Positions 32,021 to 41,889 of a stretch of 64,000 nucleotides of DNA are shown in pieces. Each line of letters begins with the position of its first letter. Positions within the stretch are counted from its first letter, which is position 1. Both the position numbers and the translations under genes were made by a program. The notes below the pieces were generated by a model. It made no database searches, was not told the origin of the DNA, and saw nothing but the letters and a program-made list of their open reading frames with translations. This DNA comes from an uncultured cyanobacterium (lineage in GTDB: Bacteria; Cyanobacteriota; Cyanobacteriia; PCC-6307; Cyanobiaceae), in the NCBI GenBank assembly GCA_963697335.1, contig CAVONQ010000018.1, positions 224,001 through 288,000 of the forward strand. Direction: 5' to 3'.

Positions 32021-33529
32021 TCAGTTGTCGCTAGTTGGGCGAACCAGGCACTGCCCTGATAGATCCATGCCCCCCAATGCTCGCGCCAGGGCAGCCTCCA
32101 GGGCGCTCACCTCGCCCCGGTTGTCGAGCACCACATCTGCCAGCGTTCGCTTGCGGCCCAAGGGCCACTGGGCAGCGATGCGGGAGCCGGCCTCGGCCTC
32201 GCTGAGCCCGTTGCGGTCCATCAGCCGGCTGAGCTGCTGGCCTGCGTCGCAGTCCACCAGCCACACCTCACTGCAGAGCGCCTCCAGGCCGGCCTCGAAC
32301 AGCAGGGGGATCATCAGCACCACCACCGGGGCGTCTGCCAGCCGGGCCAGTTCCGCCTCGAACCGCTGCCGCACCAGGGGATGCACCAGTTGCTCCAGCC
32401 AGGTGCGCTCGGCCGGATCGCTGAACACCAGGCGCCCCAGGGCGGCCCGATCCAGCAGCGGCGCTTCCCCGTCGGCGGAGACGGACTGCACAGTCTCCCC
32501 GTAGCGCTGCAGCACCGCCGCTTCCCCGGCCGAGCCCGGTGCCAGGGCCTCGCGGGCGTAGAGGTCGGCGTCGAGCACCGGCAGGCCCGCCTGCTGCTCC
32601 AGCCAGCGGCCGGCGGTGCTCTTGCCGCTGGCGATGCCACCCGTGAGGCCGATGCGCCGCTGGCGGCCGCTCCAGCGGCGACGGTTCAGCCCGGGGAGCA
32701 TGGCCGGCGGGCCGAGCTGCTCGAGCCTGAAGTGCTCGCCATAGCTGGCCGTGGGGCGTTCGGAATAAAAGCGCGTGGCACCGGGCCGCCGGGGCCCGTA
32801 GCGAGCCAGGCGGCTGCGCAGGCCCAGACCCGCCAGCACCAGCCGCTGCAGCCAGCCTGGGCTGCTGGACCAGCCCAGGCTGCCGCATACCTCCTGGCTC
32901 ACCAGCGCCAGCAGCACCCGGCGCAGGGCCGGCCGCAGCGGAGCGGGCCAGTCGGCCAGCAGCATCGCCAGGGTGGCGTCGGCCACCCGCCCGTTGCTGG
33001 CGGCCGGGCGGAAGGCCCGGGCCTCCACCTCCCTGTTCAGGCCGAGCAGGGCCTCCAGGCTGACGGGCAGGGCCTGGAGGCCCATGGCCTCGCCCACCTT
33101 GCGCCAGAACAGAAACAGGCAGGTCTGTTCATGGACACTGAGGGGCCTCCAGCCATAGCGGGCCAGCCAGCGGATCGGCTCGGCCACGAAGGTGGAGAGC
33201 ACATACAGGAAGTCGTCGTTGCTGATGGCGTAGGCGCCGTGGATCCGGTTCATCCGCTCGATCACGGCCTGGCCTTCGGCGCTGCGGGGGCCCCAGCGCA
33301 GCAGCTCCGCCACCATCAGCCCCGTGTCGTCGTAGCGCTTGCGGGGCCGATGGGTCAATTCGCCCGTTCGGGCCAGCAGCTTGGAGATCGAGGGCACGCA
33401 GAAGGTCTTGAGCAGGGCCAGCTCCAGGGCACGGGTGATGTCCCAGGGGAAGAGCTCACCGGCCAGCCGCCGGCACACGGCCTCCACCTCACCGGGGGAG
33501 GGGCTGGCGCTGGTGTTCAGCTCCGCCAC
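32021..33529 (-). CDS. coaE: Fusion of MpaB/DUF2236-type oxygenase-like domain (N-terminal) and dephospho-CoA kinase (C-terminal)
   Basis: N-terminal LKTFCVPSISKLL..TG....RPRKRYDDT, RMNRIH..Y.ISNDDFLYVLSTF; C-terminal IGLTGGIASGKS, LDAD, LDRAALG..VF, VHPLV, IPLLFE. Confidence 0.88.
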   Translation of the reverse strand: MAELNTSASPSPGEVEAVCRRLAGELFPWDITRALELALLKTFCVPSISKLLARTGELTHRPRKRYDDTGLMVAELLRWGPRSAEGQAVIERMNRIHGAYAISNDDFLYVLSTFVAEPIRWLARYGWRPLSVHEQTCLFLFWRKVGEAMGLQALPVSLEALLGLNREVEARAFRPAASNGRVADATLAMLLADWPAPLRPALRRVLLALVSQEVCGSLGWSSSPGWLQRLVLAGLGLRSRLARYGPRRPGATRFYSERPTASYGEHFRLEQLGPPAMLPGLNRRRWSGRQRRIGLTGGIASGKSTAGRWLEQQAGLPVLDADLYAREALAPGSAGEAAVLQRYGETVQSVSADGEAPLLDRAALGRLVFSDPAERTWLEQLVHPLVRQRFEAELARLADAPVVVLMIPLLFEAGLEALCSEVWLVDCDAGQQLSRLMDRNGLSEAEAGSRIAAQWPLGRKRTLADVVLDNRGEVSALEAALARALGGMDLSGQCLVRPTSDN

Positions 33530-33566
33530 GGCGGCTCGGCAGGATGGGGCGATTCATCCTGGCGCC

Positions 33567-34811
33567 GTGACCCCCACCTGGCACCCGATCCCCGGCGGCG
33601 TCACCGCCCCCGCTGGCTTCCTGGCCGCCGCCGTCACCGCCGGCCTCAAGCCGTCGGGCAATCCCGACCTCTGCCTGCTGCTGGCCCCGGAGGGGGCCGT
33701 GTGCGCCGGCACCTTCACCACCTCCCTGGTGCGGGCGGCCTGCGTGGACCTCTGCGCCGAGCGGCTGGCGGCCAGCGGCGGCCGGGCCCGGGCGGTGCTC
33801 ACCAACTCCGGCCAGGCCAATGCCTGCACCGGCGATCGTGGCCTGATCGACAGCCAGCGCGCCACCGCGGCCCTGGCCGATCGGCTGGGGCTGGCGGCCG
33901 AGCAGGTGCTGATCTGCTCCACCGGCGTGATCGGCGTGCCGATCCCGATGGACATCCTGCTGGCGGGGCTCGATCCCCTGGTGGAAGCCCTCAGCCCGGA
34001 GGGGGGCGCCGCCGCCGCCACAGCCATCCTCACCACCGATCTGACTGACAAGCAGATCGCCCTGGAGGCCGACCTCGGCGGCCGCCGCGTGCGGATCGGC
34101 GGCATGGCCAAGGGCTCCGGGATGATCCACCCGAACATGGCCACGATGCTGGGCTATCTCAGCTGCGATGCCGGCGTGCCGGCGGAGCTGTGGCAGGCGA
34201 TGGTGCAGCGGGCGGTGGACCGCTCCTTCAATGCGATCACGGTGGACGGCGACACCAGCACCAACGACACGTTCCTGGCCTTTGCAGCCGGGGAACCCCT
34301 GAACCCCGAGCACTACGACGCGCTGGAGGCGGGCCTGACGGCGGTGTCGCAGCACCTGGCCCGGGCGATCGCCCGCGACGGCGAGGGGGCCACCTGCCTG
34401 ATCGAGGTGCGGGTGGAGGGGGCCGCCGATGAGGCCGGCGCCATTGCCGTGGCCCGCACCGTCTGCGGCTCCTCGCTGGTGAAGTGCGCCGTGCATGGCC
34501 GTGATCCCAACTGGGGCCGGATCGTGGCCGCCGCCGGCCGCGCCGGCGTGGTCTTCGATCCCGGGGCGGTGGCCCTGTGGCTGGGGGAGCACCAGCTGAT
34601 GGCTGCCGGCCAGCCCCTGCCCTTCGACCGGCCTGCCGCCTCCGCCTACCTGCGCGATCGCGCCGCTGGCACCTACCTGGGCGGCAGCGGGCCTGGCGGT
34701 GACACGGTGCTGATCCGCCTGCGGCTGGGGGATGGCCCCGGCAGCGGCAGGGCCTGGGGCTGTGATCTCTCCGATCAGTACGTGCGCATCAACGCCGATT
34801 ACACGACCTAG
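33567..34811 (+). CDS. argJ: Bifunctional glutamate N-acetyltransferase/amino-acid acetyltransferase
   Basis: NSGQANACTG, GMAKGSGMIHPNMATML, VDGDTSTND, ARDGEGAT, DPNWGRI, WGCDLS..YV.INADY. Confidence 0.97.
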   Translation: MTPTWHPIPGGVTAPAGFLAAAVTAGLKPSGNPDLCLLLAPEGAVCAGTFTTSLVRAACVDLCAERLAASGGRARAVLTNSGQANACTGDRGLIDSQRATAALADRLGLAAEQVLICSTGVIGVPIPMDILLAGLDPLVEALSPEGGAAAATAILTTDLTDKQIALEADLGGRRVRIGGMAKGSGMIHPNMATMLGYLSCDAGVPAELWQAMVQRAVDRSFNAITVDGDTSTNDTFLAFAAGEPLNPEHYDALEAGLTAVSQHLARAIARDGEGATCLIEVRVEGAADEAGAIAVARTVCGSSLVKCAVHGRDPNWGRIVAAAGRAGVVFDPGAVALWLGEHQLMAAGQPLPFDRPAASAYLRDRAAGTYLGGSGPGGDTVLIRLRLGDGPGSGRAWGCDLSDQYVRINADYTT

Positions 34812-34913
34812 GCGCAGGGGGCCTTCCAACTGGATCAAAGAGGCACCCACCACCACCGAGCGGTTCAGGCAGTCGCTGGAGCGGATCTGGCAGGAGGATC
34901 AGCAGAGAGCGTG

Positions 34914-35093
34914 ATGGACAACCTGAACGGGGGATCCATCCAATTGGGTCTGGTTGCTCTTGCCGTTGCGGGTCTGCAGATCTGGTGGATCGGCAGCATT
35001 GTCCGCAGGCGAAACCTTGCCAGGTCCATGCGTGCGACCGAGTTCCGCAAGTCTCTGGACAAGCTGTGGGCGAAGACGGGCGGCAAAGGCTGA
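34914..35093 (+). CDS. Small single-TM hypothetical protein (59 aa)
   Basis: Hydrophobic helix LVALAVAGLQIWWI followed by basic tail EFRKSLDKLW. Confidence 0.65.
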   Translation: MDNLNGGSIQLGLVALAVAGLQIWWIGSIVRRRNLARSMRATEFRKSLDKLWAKTGGKG

Positions 35094-35531
35094 TCCACTC
35101 ACGAACCGTTGCAGAGCTTCTTGCGATGGTCCTGGTCGTCGGGCGGTCCTGGACGGGTCCGCTTTTTTCTTGGCCAAGGCGCGACGACGCCTTGGAACCG
35201 CCAGTTCCATCGAGGATCCAGGTGGCTGCCCTCCAGCAGCCCTGTTCGGAACGAGGCTGCTGCGAGTGGGCTGGTACTTCAGCAGACAGAGTCGATTCTT
35301 GAAGCGTGGCTTTGAGAGGGTCTGGGCCACAGGATTCAAGCTGTGGTTGCAGATGCGTTGCCGGTGCTTTCTGGGTGTATCGCAGATCCATTGCAGATCC
35401 CCATTGAGGAGCCCCCTGAAACCACCACCTCCCCACGGAGCATTCTGCTCGCCCATCAGCTCAGTCGCGACGCAATACAACAGCCCTGCGCTGGAAGTTG
35501 AGCTAACGTTGGTAGAGAAATCTTCTTCTGC

Positions 35532-36599
35532 ATGGGTGTTCATCCCTACGAAGACCTTCCCCCCGCTGCTTTCTGGAGATCAGGCGTTGCCCAGGAGGAT
35601 CCCCATGCGATCCAAGGAATCTACAGAAAAAAGTTTGAGATTCCCCCTGGTGCCAGGATCGCTACGGCAGGATCCTGCTTTGCTCAGCACATCACCAGGC
35701 GTCTGGCTGGCCATGGCTTCCAGGTGCTGGATGTGGAGCCCCCACCTTCCGGTCTGCCCACGAGTCTTCATCAGGCCTATGGCTTCTCCTTGTTCAGTGC
35801 GCGCTACGGCAACATCTATACCGTGAGGCAGCTGCTGCAGCTTGCGCAGGAGGTGGCTGGTGATTGGGTTCCTCAGGATCTGGTGTGGGAGAACAACGGG
35901 CGCTACTTCGATGCTCTCAGGCCTGGCGTTGAGCCTGATGGCCTTGACTCTCCCGGTGAAGTGATGGAGCATCGTCGCTATCACATCGCAAGTTTAAGAA
36001 CGCTCTTCCAAGACCTCGATCTTCTTGTCTTTACCCTTGGCCTGACGGAAGCGTGGGAGCACAGGCAATCCGGAACGGTCTATCCCACGGCCCCGGGCAT
36101 TCTTGCAGGCCAATTCGATCCCAGCCTTCACGCGTTCAGCAATGCCCAGTTCGCAGATATCCTCGCCGACTTCAACAGGTTTCAAGGTGTCCTCAGAAAT
36201 CTCCGCCAGGGGCGTCCCTTCAAGTTGATCCTCACGGTTTCCCCTGTTCCGCTCACGGCCAGTGCGAGCGGGAACCACGTGCTGGTTTCCACGGCGTATT
36301 CCAAGGCGCTCCTCAGATCTGTTGCCGGTCAACTCGCGTTCAATCAGCCGCATATCGACTACTTTCCGGCCTATGAAATAATCACTAATCCAAGATTGTG
36401 CTCGGCTGCATTCGCCGAAAACTGCAGATCAGTGCGCGAAGCTGCTGTGGATAATGTGATGGCTCACTTCTTCTCCCAGCACGCTCCCCCGCCGGCTTCG
36501 GCTTCTCCTGCTGGCATCCCTGGCGGGCAGGGGCGGGAGGAGGGTGTGGATGTCGCCTGCGAAGAGATGATTCTGGATCGGTTTGCGCCGCCTCGATGA
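35532..36599 (+). CDS. GSCFA-domain protein
   Basis: IATAGSCFAQHI, FSARYGNIYT, FTLGLTEAW, LTVSPVPL, YFPAYEII. Confidence 0.92.
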   Translation: MGVHPYEDLPPAAFWRSGVAQEDPHAIQGIYRKKFEIPPGARIATAGSCFAQHITRRLAGHGFQVLDVEPPPSGLPTSLHQAYGFSLFSARYGNIYTVRQLLQLAQEVAGDWVPQDLVWENNGRYFDALRPGVEPDGLDSPGEVMEHRRYHIASLRTLFQDLDLLVFTLGLTEAWEHRQSGTVYPTAPGILAGQFDPSLHAFSNAQFADILADFNRFQGVLRNLRQGRPFKLILTVSPVPLTASASGNHVLVSTAYSKALLRSVAGQLAFNQPHIDYFPAYEIITNPRLCSAAFAENCRSVREAAVDNVMAHFFSQHAPPPASASPAGIPGGQGREEGVDVACEEMILDRFAPPR

Positions 36600-37351
36600 A
36601 CTACACGATCTGGGGCGACTCCCATCTGATTGGTTTCATGGAGGCGGTCGAAAACCTCGGCCTCAACGACCGCGCTGATCTCACTTTTCTGCCCACGCCG
36701 AATGTCGCCAACATCAAGGAGATCGTGAGCGGTGCCGCTAGCTCTGCATCCCTGCTGTTTGACGGAGAAGTGACACCTGTCGATCTGGCGCAGCCGGAGC
36801 AATCCGTGTTGGTTGTGGTTGGTAATGGTAATTTTGCCCATTTCTCTGTGTATGAACGAAAGGGAGGCCTGCCGCCCCTCTGGGTTTATGTACCGGAGAT
36901 TCATGCCTCTCGGGGCGGAGGTGAAGGTGATGGTCTGATCCCGTCGATTCCGCCAGTGTCGATGGGTCTCTTTCGGGCTGTCTATGCAGAATCGGTAGGC
37001 CATAACCTTCTCTATCGCCATGGATTTACGGCCCACTATTTCAATAGATTCGTCAAGCTCATTCTCTTTATTCCGCCATCGCCTTCAGTTGCCTTCTTCA
37101 GCAGGCAGCTCTGTTCCGAGGGTTATCTCGAGGCGAAATGCCTTCACGGTTTCCGGCGCGCCTACGCGGCGCTGTTCAAGCAGGAAGTGCGTCGACTTGG
37201 CCTGACAAGCGTGGAGATCAATGACCCGTCGGGCGCGCTGGAGCTTGAAGATGGCACCACGGCAGAGGAGTATCTCGTGGATGAGGTTCTTCAGGTCCAC
37301 GGCAACGCCGCCTACTGGGAGCGCAGGATCAGGTCCTCGTCCCTGGCGTGA
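36596..37351 (+). CDS. Hypothetical protein, possibly SGNH-hydrolase-like
   Basis: ATGA overlap with GSCFA gene; N-terminal IWGDSH and C-terminal VHGN motifs resemble SGNH blocks I and V. Confidence 0.7.
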   Translation: MNYTIWGDSHLIGFMEAVENLGLNDRADLTFLPTPNVANIKEIVSGAASSASLLFDGEVTPVDLAQPEQSVLVVVGNGNFAHFSVYERKGGLPPLWVYVPEIHASRGGGEGDGLIPSIPPVSMGLFRAVYAESVGHNLLYRHGFTAHYFNRFVKLILFIPPSPSVAFFSRQLCSEGYLEAKCLHGFRRAYAALFKQEVRRLGLTSVEINDPSGALELEDGTTAEEYLVDEVLQVHGNAAYWERRIRSSSLA

Positions 37352-37484
37352 GCTGCTGGCGATCGACTGTTCAACGCTGGGGCTGTTCAGCGGCTCACCA
37401 GCTTCCACAGCCCATACAGCACCACCGCCAGCAGCACGCCGGCGGAGCGGCGCTGCGCCGGGTGAGGGCCTTAACCTGGCCGCC

Positions 37485-37964
37485 ATGGCCTCCACCAGCC
37501 CCACCCGTGCCGCGCCGGCCCGGCCCCGCCACCGCTGGCGCGGCCCGCTGCTGGCCGGCTTCTGCTTCGGGCTGGGCTATGGCATCACCCAGCGGCTCCT
37601 GGTGCTGCAGCTGCCGGGGCTGGTGCAGCTGCAGCAGGGCTTTGATGTGCGCGAGTTCCCCGGCACCAGCCTCGAGAGCCTGCGCCTTCGCTTCGGAAGC
37701 GACAAAGAGGAGATCCGCGGCGACCTGGAGCTGCTCGAACTGGAGCGTCAGAGCAAGCAGCGCGAGCAGGAGCGCCAGGCTGCCGAGCGTCAACAGGCCG
37801 CCGAGCGCCAGCGGGATGAGCGGCAGACCGAGCAGGAGCGGGCTCTCCAGTCCCTCCCCAAAATCCCACCCCTCAACCCTGCCGCCAACCCAGGCGCCGA
37901 TGCCGCTGCCGAGCCCGACTCCTCCCCACCCCCAGCCCCGGCCTTGCCGGAGCCCAGCCCCTGA
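37485..37964 (+). CDS. Hypothetical membrane-anchored coiled-coil protein
   Basis: PLLAGFCFGLGYGITQRL, FPGTSLESLR; Gln/Glu/Arg coil and Pro-rich tail. Confidence 0.7.
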   Translation: MASTSPTRAAPARPRHRWRGPLLAGFCFGLGYGITQRLLVLQLPGLVQLQQGFDVREFPGTSLESLRLRFGSDKEEIRGDLELLELERQSKQREQERQAAERQQAAERQRDERQTEQERALQSLPKIPPLNPAANPGADAAAEPDSSPPPAPALPEPSP

Positions 37965-38045
37965 GGCCCTCCCCAGCGGAACCCTGTGGCTGGCCGCGCA
38001 CCGGCAGCGCCCATCTGGCACAGTTCCAGCAGCAGCTCAGGCCCC

Positions 38046-38402
38046 ATGACGGCGCCCCAGATCCTGATGCAGGCCGCCGTGGCCCGGCTGGGGGCCCGCC
38101 TCGGCAGTGGCCTCGTGGATGCCGTCGCCAGCCTGGCCCTGGTGGTGCAGGACGCTCCTGAGAAAGTGCGCCAGGAGCTGCGACTCTTCTGGGAGGAGGT
38201 GGAACTGGAGGCCGGCCGCCTGGAGCGCGATGGCCAGGACGGTGCGTCTGGCTCTGCCTCCACCCCCGTGGATCCAGATCACCCTGGCGACGGCCTCCCA
38301 CGCCCCGCCGCTGCGGTTCCAGGGTTGTCCGTCCAGGAGCAGATCGATGCCCTGCGGGCCCAGTTGGCCGGGCTGGGTCAGCGTCTGGATCGGCATCCGT
38401 GA
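38046..38402 (+). CDS. Hypothetical protein upstream of AarF kinase
   Basis: QDAPEKVRQELRLFWEEVELEA; GTGA overlap with the next gene. Confidence 0.72.
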   Translation: MTAPQILMQAAVARLGARLGSGLVDAVASLALVVQDAPEKVRQELRLFWEEVELEAGRLERDGQDGASGSASTPVDPDHPGDGLPRPAAAVPGLSVQEQIDALRAQLAGLGQRLDRHP

Positions 38403-40063
38403 TCCAGCGCCCCCTGCGCATCTGGTGGCTGGCCCTGCGCCTCAGCGCCGGACTCTGGTGGGACGGCAAGCGCTGGACCTACCCGGGCGGCCCCACCCCC
38501 GAACGCCGCAGCCGCCGCGCCCGGCGCCGCGCCCGCTGGCTGACCCGCGAGTTCCTGGCCCTCGGCTCGGCCTTCATCAAGCTGGGCCAGCTGCTCTCGG
38601 CCCGGCCGGACGTGCTGCCCCCCGAGCTGGTGGAGGAGCTGGCCTCCCTGCAGGACCAGGTGCCCGCCTTCCCCTTTGCGGTGGTGCAGGCCCTGCTGGA
38701 AGAGGAACTGGGGGAGCGTTGCGCCGAGATCATCGACCTCGAGGAACTGCCGCTCGGTTCGGCCAGCCTCGCCCAGGTGCATCGCGCCAGCCTCCGCAGT
38801 GGTCGCCAGGTGGTGCTCAAGGTGCAGCGCCCCGGATTGGAGCGGCTGTTCCGGCTGGACCTGGAGGTGCTGCAGCAGCTGGCCGCCGTGGTGCAGCGTC
38901 ACCCCCGCTGGGGCCGTGGCCGCGACTGGGTGGGCATCGCCCAGGAGTGCCGCCGCGTGCTGCTGCGCGAGCTCGATTTCCGCCTCGAGGCCGAGCACGC
39001 CGCCCGTTTCCGCCAGCAGTTCCTGGACGACCCCGGCATCCGCATTCCGGCGGTGGTGTGGGAGCTGAGCTCCCGCCGGGTGCTGTGCCTCGACTACGTG
39101 CCCGGCATCAAGATCAACGACCGCGAAGCCCTGCTGGCCGCCGGCATCGAGCCCGCCGCCGTGGCCGAGAAGGGGGCGGCCAGCTATCTGCAGCAGCTGG
39201 TGCGGTTTGGCTTCTTCCACGCCGATCCCCACCCCGGCAACCTCGCGGTCGCCCCGGACGGCACCCTCATCTACTACGACTTCGGCATGATGGGGCAGCT
39301 CTCGGGCCGGCTGCGCTCACGGCTGGGGCGCATGGTGCGCGCCGCCGCCTCCCGCGACGCCTCCACCCTGGTGAAGGAGTTGCAGGCCTCCGGGGTCATC
39401 TCCCCGGAGGCGGATCCAGGCCCCGTGCGGCGGCTGGTGCGGGTGATGCTCAACGATGCCCTCACGCCGCCCTTCTCCGCCAACGTGCTGCAGAAGCTCT
39501 CCGGCGACCTCTATGACCTCGTCTACGGCCAGCCCTTCCGGGTGCCGCCCGAGCTGATCTTCGTGATGCGGGCCCTCTCCACCTTCGAGGGGGTGGGCCG
39601 CAGCCTCGACCCTGGCTTTAGCCTGGTGGCGATTGCCCGCCCCTACCTGCTCCCCCTGATGACCTCCAGCGGCAACGGCGGCAGCGACCTGTTCGGCGAA
39701 CTCTCCCGCCAGGCGGCCGAGGTGGGCAGCCGCGCCCTCGGCATTCCGCGCCGCCTCGACGACAGCCTGGCCCGCATCGAGCAGGGCGACCTGCAGGTGC
39801 AGATCAGGGCCGGCGAAACCGACCGGCTGCTGCGGCGCCTCGCCCTGGCCCAGCAGTCGGCCGGCCAGTCCATGCTGCTGGCTGGCCTGGCCGTGGCGGC
39901 GTCGCTGCTCGCCACCAGCCGCCAGCCGGCCTTGGTGCTGATCCCAGCCGTGGCCTCGCTGCCGGTGGGGCTGGGCTGGCTCAAGCTGCAGGGCCGCCTG
40001 GCCAGGGATGGCCGCCTGGATCAGTTGCCCGGTATCAGCCCCAGCCCCACCGATCCAGACTGA
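38399..40063 (+). CDS. AarF/ABC1/UbiB family kinase
   Basis: FIKLGQLLSARPD, SASLAQVH, KVQRP, ELDF..E, FFHADPHPGN, DFGM. Confidence 0.93.
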   Translation: MIQRPLRIWWLALRLSAGLWWDGKRWTYPGGPTPERRSRRARRRARWLTREFLALGSAFIKLGQLLSARPDVLPPELVEELASLQDQVPAFPFAVVQALLEEELGERCAEIIDLEELPLGSASLAQVHRASLRSGRQVVLKVQRPGLERLFRLDLEVLQQLAAVVQRHPRWGRGRDWVGIAQECRRVLLRELDFRLEAEHAARFRQQFLDDPGIRIPAVVWELSSRRVLCLDYVPGIKINDREALLAAGIEPAAVAEKGAASYLQQLVRFGFFHADPHPGNLAVAPDGTLIYYDFGMMGQLSGRLRSRLGRMVRAAASRDASTLVKELQASGVISPEADPGPVRRLVRVMLNDALTPPFSANVLQKLSGDLYDLVYGQPFRVPPELIFVMRALSTFEGVGRSLDPGFSLVAIARPYLLPLMTSSGNGGSDLFGELSRQAAEVGSRALGIPRRLDDSLARIEQGDLQVQIRAGETDRLLRRLALAQQSAGQSMLLAGLAVAASLLATSRQPALVLIPAVASLPVGLGWLKLQGRLARDGRLDQLPGISPSPTDPD

Positions 40064-40067
40064 GACT

Positions 40068-41878
<1,811 letters not shown>

Positions 41879-41889
<11 letters not shown>

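Noticed and set aside
34954..35543. ORFs in the gap upstream of the GSCFA gene (34954-35826 +, 34899-35543 -, 35109-35315 +)
   Set aside because: No motifs or coding-like bias; treated as non-coding or decayed DNA
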